A program made the position numbers and the translations under genes. A DNA stretch of 62,992 bases, the filler included, from Kipferlia bialata (taxonomy: Eukaryota): NCBI GenBank assembly GCA_003568945.1. It is 4 parts of 4 records of this genome, joined end to end, with 100 filler letters (N's around TTAATTAATTAA, not from the genome) between each part and the next. Parts side by side here need not be neighbours in the genome. Positions count along the whole stretch, not along the records: positions 19,459 to 38,798 come from BDIP01000428.1; positions 38,899 to 58,234 come from BDIP01000429.1; 2 more parts are not named here. The stretch is one strand, 5' to 3'. The notes under the pieces were generated by a model. It saw nothing but the letters and a program-made list of their open reading frames with translations. It was not told where the DNA came from and made no database searches. Below are positions 35,510 to 47,493 of the stretch, in pieces (the first letter of the stretch is position 1; each line of letters opens with the position of its first letter).

Positions 35510-36761
35510 CTGTAGGAGTACAGCATGGGGTCAGTCGTGTCTACTTGATTGAGGGAGAGAGAGAGATACTTGGGGGTGGAATACAGTCTGAGGTTGGGTT
35601 ACTGATTGATACATATAGATATACATATAGATTGGAGCATACATCGAGACACAGTTCTAGTCATTATGTACTGCATGTTGTAACCTGGATTGCGAGAGAG
35701 AGAGACAGAGAGATACCTGGAGTGGCTCGAGAGAAAGAGAGAGAAGAAGAGCCACTCTTCTATATCTGATACTGCACCCTAACCTTGAGTGGTTGGATGT
35801 GTATGAGGCCCCTATGACCAGGGCATTACCATCCCCAGTCACGCCAAGGGAGGACCCAAAGCCAAAGTCCTTGCATTATTAGTAATTAGCAGTTGTTAGT
35901 AGTATCCTAGTACAGTAGTGTATATCCTGACATGCAAGTAAGGACCCAAAGCCAAAGTCCGAGAGATCAGCCCATATACATATATTAACAGTAATCTGAA
36001 GCTCTGATAGGCCTACTAAATGCACTCTGACCAGCTGTCATAAGCCATTTCTGACCAACAACACCACGCGTCTTCCAACCCCCACCTACATCTACCTCGA
36101 TGGATGTGCTGCCCTGGCAACAGCCTGCGTCCTTCCCCACCTAACTCGCGTATCTACTCCTCACTTAACTCGCGTATATATGTATATAGTTCGCGTTTAT
36201 ACCTCGATGGACGTGCTGCCCTGGATGGTGTCTACCAGTGTGTAGAAACCCGAGCTCTTCAAGAACACCTGCACCTTGCCTGCTCCAGTCTGATTGATTA
36301 GAGGATTGATTATGAGATATACTACTCGATCGACTAAGCTTAATTGAATGAATAAGTTCAAAATTATTTAGATTAAGTGCCTTGTGACTGTTGGATGAGG
36401 GACATCCCATTGCCACCAGGGTACCATCGTCACTGGAAGAGAGGTTGCACGAGTCGGATGGGCAGCTCACTGATGTAAGTATAGTTCCATGTTACTAGGT
36501 TCTATTGACCCTGACGGACAAAGACATTCTCACACTACACCCTTATTGCATGGTGTACTAGGTTAACCAGGAGGGGAGAAAGAGGGAGAGAAAGAGAGAA
36601 AGATAGAGGTCGAAGGAGTCGGAGGGGCAGCTCACTGACGTAAGGGGATAGGGGTATACTATCCGAGAAAGAGAGTACATACTTCTGACTTGGTCCTCGA
36701 ACGTCCAGATGCCGTCCTCCTGATACTGGAACACATCGATGACGTGACCACTGACGCTGAG

Positions 36762-36809
<48 letters not shown>

Positions 36810-37168
36810 ACATCGATAATGTGACCACTGACGCTGAGGTCAGAACAAGTATAATACCAGTATAATACCAGTATAATACCAGTGAATATACAATATACTA
36901 TATACTATATACAAACATGTATTGAGTATATGTACATATTGTGGCCCATAACACTAACGTGAAAGGGGGAGGGAACACTACCTATAGTATAGAGTCCATA
37001 TAGTTGTGAATATAGTGTGCATTATGTGTATATGTAGTTCTCAATGTATAGAGGTGCAGCATATAGATTCTATATGATATAGAATCATTGCACTCACTCT
37101 GAGCCTGAGAAGAATATGGTCTTGCCATTGGCCGAGACAGCGACGTTGGACCCGTACTCTAATCGGTT

Positions 37169-37199
<31 letters not shown>

Positions 37200-37878
37200 G
37201 TTGGACCCGTACTCTAGACAGTGAGATAGGGAGAGAGAGAGAGAGCGAGAGGAGCGAGAGAGACAGCGACGTTGGACCCGTACTCTAATCGGTTAGAGAG
37301 AGAGAGAGGGAGAGAGAGAGAGAGAGAGGTTGGACCCGTACTCTAATCGGAAAGAGAGAGAGAGAGAGAGAGTAGGAGCCTGTGAGAGGTGGACAAGGGA
37401 GGATAGACAGGTTGCCATAGGGCAATACTTATCATCTATATAGTAGTATACTACAACTACTCTCTATACAGAAGTACACACACTAACTAATCACACGTAC
37501 TGTGGCCTGGCCATGTGTCATGACGTGTATACTCATAGGATATAACACAATAATATACTATACTATAGTGCATTATAGTATTACATGTTGTTGTCTAGTC
37601 TAACAACACGTACTGTGGCCTGGCCATCTGTCCAGATACATAGAGAGAGTGACCTCGTGCTCTATTCCAGTGGCCTCATCCAGCCTGGAGGCAATGACAA
37701 TAAGGGTGTAGAGAGAGAGAGAGAAAGAGAGAGTCACCCAGCCTGGAGGCAGAGAGAAAGAGAGAGAGGGCGAGTGAGAGAGAGTAGGAGAGTACCTGTA
37801 CACATAGACACTTCCGTGGTCCAGTGTATCCTGGTAGGTGTCGGTAGGGCACCCGATAACCATGACACCACCTGGTGA

Positions 37879-37922
<44 letters not shown>

Positions 37923-37985
37923 GGGCACCCGATAACCATGACACCACCTGGGCGTCAGTATATACATATAAACAGTGGTAGATGA

Positions 37986-38027
<42 letters not shown>

Positions 38028-38093
38028 GGGCCATCATGATCAAGAAACTGCAGGTATACAGTATATATATATATATATGAATATATGTATATA

Positions 38094-38126
<33 letters not shown>

Positions 38127-38531
38127 GACATGGCTATCATGATCAAGAAGCTGCAGGTATACACATAGAGTATATTCACACATGTATACGTATGACACTT
38201 TCCTCACTCTCTCCGTTTTCCACCCTACCCGATAGTAGATGAGGAAGAGAGAGAGAGAGAGAGAGGTAGGGCACCCGATGGGCACCTGACATGGGGTGTG
38301 TGTATAGTATAGTAGTGAGAAGGCGTAGTGTATGTGGGTAAGTCTATGTATACCCCCCATACTACAGTGTATGTATGTCTAAGTCTACCTCCCATGGCGA
38401 CCGATGAGGGTGTGTAAATAGTACATAGTATAAATAGATGAGGGTGTGATAGAGTATATAGTATACACAGTATACATACCTCCCATGGCCAGCGATGTGA
38501 CATCGTTGGCTGGTCCCTCGAAGGAGTCAAC
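34535..38531 (-). CDS. Beta-propeller protein with FG-GAP/integrin-alpha-like repeats; 5'-partial
   Basis: Exons read TSLAMGGGVMVIGCP..DHGSVYVY, EYGSNVAVSANGKTIFFSG, SSDDGTLVAMGCPSS..GKVQVF, FGFGSSLGVTGDGNALVIGASY and SLTVDSNRYGYQALVGSPG. Stop TAG at 34537-34535. Confidence 0.75.
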
Positions 38532-38798
38532 CTGGAGGTGAGATGATGGGTAATGGTTTAATACATTATTATTTAATTTCTAATCAATTTCTACTAGTAA
38601 TACAATATTAATTCTCACCTCCAACAATTATGTGTTATATATATGTCTCTAAAGTATACTAACCCATACTCTACCTGCACCCACTCAGTCATGTCCCCCT
38701 ATCAGTGATATATACTAGTAACAAAGGTATATAGTGTAGTATGGTATAGTAGTAGCTAGTATAGTAGTAGCTAGTATAGTAGTAGCTAGTATAGTAGT

Positions 38799-38898
38799 NN
38801 NNNNNNNNNNNNNNNNNNNNNNNNNNNNNNNNNNNNNNNNNNTTAATTAATTAANNNNNNNNNNNNNNNNNNNNNNNNNNNNNNNNNNNNNNNNNNNN
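38799..38898. other. Artificial contig spacer
   Basis: 44 N + TTAATTAATTAA (38843-38854) + 44 N. Confidence 0.98.
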
Positions 38899-38946
<48 letters not shown>

Positions 38947-39083
38947 GGAGAGAAAGAGAGAGAGAGAAGGGGGTGACTGCAAAACATCAGTAACCACGGT
39001 GACACAGGTCGGTAACGGAGAGATATGTAGTTATACATACAGGACAGACAGTGCAAGTAGTGTGACATAGTTACAGTTGATAC

Positions 39084-39167
39084 CTGGTACTGAGCGAATG
39101 CCTCCTGGGTGAGAGTGGGATACACACTCAGCAGGCAGCTGAACATGCTCGGCAGAGCCTGCGACAT
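39084..39167 (-). CDS. Probable first exon of a gene truncated at contig start
   Basis: ATG at 39167 reads MSQALPSMFSCLLSVYPTLTQEAFAQYQ, then cag|gtatca and an intron-like CT/poly-C tract. Confidence 0.45.
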
Positions 39168-39390
39168 GCGAGGTTATGCTATGGTACTCTGGTCACACCA
39201 CACACAGATCGGTGAGAAAGGCCGAGGTCGGTACTGGTGAGACTTATTGGTAAAACTGTCCGTTTGTGCTAAAACTGTGAATACTCAAAGTGGCCTTCTG
39301 CAAGAGAAATTGAGTATCGCTTCTTCCCAAGAGAGACCAAGCTGTGTCCCAGCGCCCTCCACACAGACAGCCTCTCTCTACTTAGAGGCC

Positions 39391-39921
39391 ATGGATTTCG
39401 TCTCTGATCTAACACGGCTGTATCGGTTGAAGAGAGGAGCATGTGACTCCGAATTCTCAGTTTCACAGGTATACTAACACACTCGCCCAGTGTTTGTATC
39501 ATGTGTATGTGTTGTGTCATCTCCTCTTCAGATCTCTTGTTCACTACTTATATATAGTATATATAGGCTTACTGTCCAGGTCAAGCTGTCATCCGTTCCT
39601 TCGTTGCAGGATATCGCCATGGAGGTATGGAGGGTTCATGTTGTGTCTTGAACCTGTGTGTATACACACCTGACACCATTCAGTCCCTGAATTCTATCGT
39701 ATGTCTCTCTGACTCATTTTAGGCTGTGGCCAAGGAGTTTTGCCAGACTCTCTCCTTCGCCAATATCCCAGAGGAGCTCCAGGAGGTATGGAGTATTCCT
39801 CTATCACAACGGGTCTCCGATATGTCCAAATAACCCCAGCCTCTTGCTGCCTTTGTGCCTCTGGACACACCCCTGGCCGATATAGTCCCAGTGCTTGCCA
39901 GTGACGTGTACGTTTGTGCAT

Positions 39922-39962
<41 letters not shown>

Positions 39963-42734
39963 TATAGATGGTCATTAATTGTCTTCCCTTTCTCATCTAG
40001 GTACTGGCGGCGAAGACTGGTGAATGACTTTGGTACTGTTGCTAGGAGTCTAGGCCAGAGGGAGCCAGGCATCCCATACAGGTGAGAGTATTATTCATTT
40101 ATGAATAGACTATCACCACTGTTTTGGCACTCTCATTGCTTGTTGTTAATCTCAGGCAAATATACCTAGAGACCCACCTTCAATCCTTCCTAGAGGGACT
40201 GCTGCTGCCAACTGGACTGCCAGAGGCACAGGTATAGATAGTATATATATACTGCATAAGTATATATACTCTATATATATAATACTTTAATACTTCATAC
40301 TATTTATATTGATACGTGCACTGCCAAAGGCACAGGTAGCTATAGTATTATTTATATACTGTATAAGTACATTGATCAATGACTATTTATAATGACAACG
40401 GGACTGCCAGAGGCACAGATAGACCCTATATATAAGCTCTATCAAATATATTTATATATATATATGTATATATGTGTGTACAACTGGACTAGCAGAGGTA
40501 CAGTTAGATACTATTTATACTATATATCTTCGTGGAGGGAAAATACGTTGCTCTTCGTATACATATATATATATTCAGTCCCTATGTCCACCCTGACCTC
40601 CAGTCTGCCTCAGCGGATGAGCCCTTCAGTGACGCTGGCCTCAAGGGGGTCCTTGAGATATGTGCCCCCCACTGTAAGGTGTTAAGGTTCAGGTACCCAT
40701 CTCTTGAGTATGCTATAGTATATTCCCATACCATCGGATGCTAGATGATAACTTGCTGCTTACTAACATAGGCACTTCCGCTCCCACCTGTGTCTCTATG
40801 AGCTTCTGAAGCGTCTCCCGCATGTGGATACCGTCTTTGCCTCCTTCTCCTCGGGGTGTCTGGACTATGCCAGGTTCATAGGCCAGAACAAGGCATCCTA
40901 CACACCCTCGCTAGGTATACCAAATATTCTTGTCTTTAGTATGATACTGATGCCAGGTGTGCTTGAGCCTGCCTCTGGGTAACCATGTTTTATATGTATA
41001 CTATATTATACATTATTATATATTATTGATGCCAGGTGTGCTTGAGCCTGCCACTGTGTCATTTATTAGATGTATATTTAGTACTTATACTTATTAAGCA
41101 CTTATACTAGGTGTGCTTGAGCCTGCCTCTGGGGTGGACCGACAGGCAGAGGCAGACATGATACTGCTCACAGCCCTGGCAGGTGGGGTGGGCGCTGAGC
41201 AGGAGGAGGAGGGAGGGGAGGACCCCGAGATGGACCCTGACAACCTGGACAGCCTGCCCCACATGGCCACAGAGGGGTACAAGGTGTATATGTATATATA
41301 TTAATATAGGTACAAGGTGCATAGGCTATATATATATAGTTATATAAGTATATATATGTGTAAATGGAGCATATGCTGCCCCACATGGCCACAGAGGGGT
41401 ACAAGGTATATATACACACACATATATATAGGGTATAAGGTGTATAGGCTGAGGGCCGAGCCCAACTCTCTCTCTGTCTGTCTCTCTGTCTGTCTGCCCC
41501 ACATGGCCACAGAGGGGTACAAGGTATATGTATGTATGTGTTCATACCTATACTATATACATCTTCATGTGTATATCACTCTAATAGTCCGAGGGGCACA
41601 AGGTGACTAGGAAGGGGGACATATATATATGTATATATGAATATCACTCTAACTGTAGGTGCCCAGGCTGCAGGCAGAGCCCAACGAGGCCCTGACCTGT
41701 GGCATGCTGCCTAGAGATGCCATCAGTCTGGGCAGGTGGGAGGATATACACTTTATAACGTCTTCCTTGCTCTGTCCTTGATACTGATACACCCCCCTTC
41801 TGACCCCAGGGCCCTTGCCATCCCCGGTGGCATTGTCTCCTCTGTGTCTCTGCGGTCCAGTGAGGCTGGGCCTGAGCAGTGCCGCGCTGTGTGTCTGGGT
41901 GCCATGCAGAGTGAGGCCATACGGCACATAGACATGGGGTACAACCACATAGGTCAGTGTCACCTTGTATATATATATATACAACCTAGTTCTCACTGTC
42001 TCACTCTAGGTGACACCGGTGCCTCCCTCATTGCCGAGACTGTCCCCCTTGCCAAGCTGGAGGGGGTAGGGCTGGCAGGCAATGGTGTGTCTGTGGCTGG
42101 ATGCAAGGTGCTGGCCAAGGTGGCTGGGAAGAAGGGAACCACGCTCTCAACCATCGACCTCTCCTCCAATCCCATAGGTATGTGTATCGGGTAGTATTGT
42201 TTCATTGTTATATGCAAGTAAGTCCAAGTGCCGGTCCTTCTTACTCTCAGGCACCGAGGGCTTCGAGGCCCTTGTGACTGGATGCCTCCGGGCTGTCCTC
42301 AAGCACAGTCAGCGGGGCCTATCCACTCTGTGTGTGTCCTCGTGCCAGATCGAGGGGGTGCAGGGCCTGGCTGCCCTGTGCCGTCTGTTGACACATGGCA
42401 AGGTCACCCGGCTCGAGATGGACGGCAACCCCCTAGTGGCCCAGGAGAGTGAGAGTGCAGAGGCCACTAGGCATATCTGCGAGGCCATAGAGGCATCCTC
42501 CCAGCACTGCAGACTGACAGTGTCCAAGTGCGGGTTGACATCATCTGACCTCACCCTCATCGAGCAGTGCATCTTCTCCCACAGTCTAGCACTCCAGGCA
42601 CAGGCACAGGTATAGTATATACTATATATGTATAGTATTCATCCCTTGTATACACAGTATATCTGATTACACAGGCAGAGGCAGATGCCAAGGCCCAGGC
42701 CCAGGAGGAGGAGGCAAGGCAGGTAGAGGAGTGA
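39391..42734 (+). CDS. DRC5: Dynein regulatory complex subunit 5 (TCTE1)-like RNI-type LRR protein
   Basis: PSLQDIAME, TPLADIVPVL..YWRRR, PYRQIYLETHLQSFLE, then LRRs IRHIDMGYNHIGDTGA, LAGNGVSVAGCKVLA and LSTIDLSSNPIGTEG. The order matches TCTE1/DRC5 as I recall it. Start exon uncertain. Confidence 0.75.
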
Positions 42735-43020
42735 GAGATGGGGACAGGGTCGGTGGGAGCCCTTTCCTATGTGTGACCACACTGTAATATATCTCCTTTC
42801 ACTTTGAGTTTGTGTCACGTTACAAATCGATTCTGCACAATGTGGTATGTGTCTCCAGCTAGAAACAACCTGTGATAGTAGTGCTGGAGTCATATTTGTA
42901 ATTGTAACCCATTCTTGCACAGGAGAATCGGTGGACACAAAACAAAGCAGAAATAGGCCATTAGCACAACGAAGCAGACGCCCAATCTCTACCACAGCCA
43001 AAGGCCATTCAATATCTCAT

Positions 43021-43760
43021 CTATCTATTTGACTCCACCACTGGCTTAGTCCAGCTCGTCCTCCTCCTCAGGCACAAACTCAGGGTGGGCAGCCTCCCAC
43101 CGCTCAACAAGGCCTGGGTGAGATGTATATTGATATATTTGCATATATATATATGTGTGTGTGTGTGTGGGAGGGGGGGGGGGGGGGGGGGGGAGGGGGG
43201 GGGGGGGGGGGGGGGGGGACTCCAAAGGAGGGAGAGAGAGAGATACAATGTACGGAGGTGGAGAGAGTCTTGGGAGAACACATTGGCGGACATCAATCAA
43301 AGAGCGAAGTAGGCATCAGAGATAGAGAGAGAGAGAATATTGTGGTAGAACGGGAGCAAGTAGTAAGCCCCAATGTATATAAGAGGAACAGATAGTGATC
43401 CACCTGAGAGAAGTGGTTCTCCTCCTCATCTGACATGTCAGAGTCAGAGTGCACGTGGTACTCCCCACCCACAGACTCTGTGTCGGTGTCACCCGTATCA
43501 GGCCACGTGGAGTCATGGTCAAGAGACACACCCTTCCCTTCACCTGCAGCAGCAGCAGGGTTGGGGGTGGGGACTGCACTGGTGGGCAGTGGGGTGACAG
43601 ACACCACCTCTCCCACTACCTCCCCCTCTGCGTCTGCCTCTGTGTCCGAGTCCATGAGGGCACTGTCTATGGAGTCAGTCTCAGTCACAGACATGTCGTC
43701 ACACCCCACACAGTCTACCCCATCAGACTCTGCATCTGGGGCATCGGGGTCAGTCTCCAT
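43021..43760 (-). CDS. Small acidic low-complexity protein (2 or more exons), unknown function
   Basis: ATG at 43760 opens a D/E/S/T-rich exon to a donor at about 43403. A second exon starts at about 43113 and its frame is ambiguous. Confidence 0.55.
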
Positions 43761-44373
43761 ACTGCCTCAGAGAGACTCAGAGAGCAATAGTACCGATGGA
43801 GTGAGTGTAATTAAGAGTTCACCTTTGAAGAAGCTGACGTGAAGAGGTCTGACAATTCCAACATTAGTTAGTGACCGACTCATACTCTATTCTCCACTCA
43901 GTTTGACACAAGTGTGCCGCACGATACAACTAAATATTACTCAACCAAGAGGTTAAGGACTATCGTAAACAAAAGAGCAGTAAGAAAGGTAATGATAACC
44001 AAACTAAGGTATAGGTAGCGAAGTGGTGTGGATGAATCCCTTGCGACTCAACCACTAAGGCCCACATCCAAGGGAGGGATAGACACAGTCTCGAAGACAT
44101 ATCAGCTCAGGTCACTCCTCTTGCCAACGACGTTGGGACAGAGCACAAGCTCATACGCCATGCGAAGTGCCTGTACTCACAGGGCCATCAAATGCCCAGT
44201 GACACTGAGGGAGATGGGGTATATATATGGAGCCCATCTGACTGGAGCTGGATCATAGACTGCATGTCCATGGTCACTCCAATGGGCGCTGGTGTGTGAT
44301 CACACACCCATGGGCCACTATATGTAATGGAATCAGTGTGCCAGGAGCACACCGGTAGACACCACCCCAACCG

Positions 44374-47052
44374 CTAAGTGATCTCCACTATGGCCCCGTC
44401 CGCCCTTCTCAGGAAGTGCCTATACAGTTGGAACCGTCCGTTCCTGTGTACAGTCACTATGGTGAGGTCCACCAGCCGTTGGTCCCCAAGGGAAGGGTCC
44501 TGGGGTCCGTCACCCACATAGTCTGCCACCTTGGTGTCAGTATCAGTATCAATATACATTATCAGTATCAGCATCTATACATATGCTTTTACCTTGGTCC
44601 GCCTTCTCCCCCCCTTGGGCCCCCTCCACCTCTCTGCCTTGTGCACTATGTGCTCAAGCTCAGACACAGAGACCTGGGGTCAGGCAGAGATCGATCACAG
44701 ACACTGTATATATAGTGTATGATAATATACATATGAAATTATACATGTGTATATATATATTGATTAGAACATACCTCTAGGTCCATGGGTGTGGGGTATG
44801 GGCTGCTGAGCCTGGCCAAGGTATCACCAGGTAAGGCAGAGTCGTATAGTCTACCCGCAGCAGCTACAAGGATCCCAGCAAACAGCCAGGCCAGACAGGT
44901 CCCTATCAGGTAGAGCATCACCCCCCAGACAGAGCTGCCCAGCCTGTACTCTGAGGACAGGGCCAGTTGGGCCACATCTGACCGGATAGCAGCTCTCACT
45001 GAGGCGTCCAGCCCTGCCCCGAGGTCTGTCTCTACCAGGAGCCTGGCCCTCACATAGGAGAGGACAGGCTCTGGGATGAGGACAAAGGCATAGAGCAGCA
45101 GACCCCGCCACAGAATAGGGGGTGCAAGGCTGGGACGCGGTTTGTCGAGTAGCACTAGGACGGGTAGAAGGGCAGCGGCTACAGCAGACACCAGGACAGG
45201 GGGGGCGAGGGTGGCGATGCCAACGATGGGGAGGGAGAGAGTGCGTGGCTCGAAGAGGACATACCCCGTCAGAGGGTGGAATGAGGTGGCTGAGGGGTTG
45301 GCATTGATGGCCAATAACAGCCAGTAGGAGAGGAGCAGGTGCAGTGACGACACACATGCCAGAAGCAGACATGCCATAAACAGTGTCAGGAGGCAGCTCC
45401 ACAGCCGAAGGGGTCTCAGGCCCAGCTCAGACAACAGACACCGCGCTATCACACCCACGTTCATGGCTCTGCGCCTCCTGAGCAGTCCAGCGTCCTGCAC
45501 CGACCTTGGCTGACACGCGTACTCCGCAGCATCATCGGATACTATGCCAGCTGCAGCAGTGGCGTTGGTGTTAGTGACGTGTCCCAGCACAGTCCGCATA
45601 CCAGAGGAGAGTCGGGTGGGTGCGTCCCTCTCTATCCTGGCCAAGGCCTCCTCCTCTGTCTCCTGTCTGAGTGCATTGCCAGACACCCCTGTGGCCCCTC
45701 CACCCAATGGGGCGTCAGCCATGGCCGCTGCCACAGACAGACCAGTAGGCACATCCACCACACCCCCCTCCCCCACCTGCATCTCGGCATCAACCTCATG
45801 CACCATCCCAAGCTCCTCAGCAGCAGCTGCCGCAGCCTCTGCCTCGCCCTTCCTCAGCTGGTAGGGCGTGTCTGCGTATCTGTCCTGCACATAGCCTCCC
45901 CCGTCCCTCCCGTACTGCGGCATCTCCCCCATCTGGGTCAGTCTATCCACCACGTCTAGGGGGGATAGGCCACTGCTGCAGAGGGAGAGGTAGGTCCAGG
46001 TGTGGCTGAGTATCTCTCTGTACTCCTGCCTCCCCCCTCTCTCCCTCTGCCTGGGTGCCAGCTCGAAGTACATGTTGCCTAGCCAGTAGTCCACGTCCTC
46101 AGTCAGCTGCTGGGCTATGTCCTCGTGTCTGAGGAGGGTGGGGTCCAGGGGGCCCTTCAGCACAGGCATCTTGTACCGGCCGGACAGCAGGTCTCCATCA
46201 GAGCCTACAAGGGGGAACACGCCCCAGCCTGGGGTGAGTATAGAGAGGAGGGAGGATGGGGAGATAGAGAGACAGTATTGGGAGCATACCTGCAGGCATT
46301 GCCTTCCCACCCCCTGACGTGTCTATCCTGATCAGTTCACATAGCAGACACAGGGTGGGGGAGAGGCGGGCCTTTCTAGGGCACAGCAGTCCCACCCTCC
46401 CACCCACAGGCATCGACACGTCATCCGTACGGCCACTAGGGTCAAAAGAGGAAAGGAGAGAGAGCTGGGACCATATATATAACCATATATATACAAACCC
46501 TCCACCCACCCGTATGAGAACACCCTTGTGAGTGCACAGGGTGCACTGCCTGAGGCCACAGCCCCTGACCCGGCTGGGGACCGCCACGGTATGACCTTGC
46601 CACCCACCCTGGACAGCACAGACACAGACACCACATATCGACCGGGGGGGACTCTGTCCCTGACACCCGCCACAGTCCTGGGGGTCAGTACAGACACATG
46701 TGGGAGAGTTATAGGTACGGTGGTCAAGTACGGAATAGTGTGTGTAAAGAAGACTTGGTATATGTACTTGGGGCCCACACCTGATGTGGATGTCGAGGGG
46801 TCTCTTGGCCCTGTCCCATGTGTAGCTGTGCACAACGGGTCTGGACCTGGGGTAAGTAAAACGGACGGATATAGCTAGAGAGACATCTCCCTCACCTGTG
46901 CAGAGGCCCGTAGGACCTAGCCACCCCCTGTCTCCTGAGGGTCAGGGCGCCCATCAGCTGGGCTGTCACCAGGCTGAATCGGTTGATGAGCTGTTTCCGC
47001 CGGAGGGCGTCGGCCCTGGCTGCCAGGAGGTCTCTCTCCCTGGGGGTCAGAT

Positions 47053-47084
<32 letters not shown>

Positions 47085-47292
47085 GGGGGGGGGGGAAAAA
47101 AAAAAAAAAAAAAGAAAAAAAAAAGGGTAAAAACCCCCCCCCCCCCCCCCCACCCGCCCAGTCAGACATTTCTCTTTACACCCCTGGCTCACTACCAGTC
47201 TTATCAATACCTGTGTTCAGTGTTTAGGCACCTGGAGGGGGGATCAGGTCCGTATCTTACTGGATATCCCTATGTATGCCCTCCCCCCACAT
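44374..47292 (-). CDS. OFCC1-like conserved membrane protein
   Basis: GVRDRVPPGRYVVSVSVLSRVGG, GWGVFPLV..GRYKMPVLKG, DVDYWLGNMYF, a multi-TM region, and C-terminal FQLYRHFLRRADGAIVEIT*. These blocks resemble the OFCC1 family as I recall it. Start codon is tentative. Confidence 0.68.
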
Positions 47293-47493
47293 CCTTGATT
47301 TCTATCACACTTCCTCTTGGCGATACCTCATCCTGAGAGAGTCAGATCTACTTACAAGTAGAGGATTCCTCTTTAATATACGGAATATACAACTGAATTC
47401 GAAATGGCCCTTCTGTCCCTACTATAGTGTCTTTTTCCGTGAGGAGTGATCAATCAGAACTATAATAGAGTTCTTCTGTCCCCACTGACCCAG

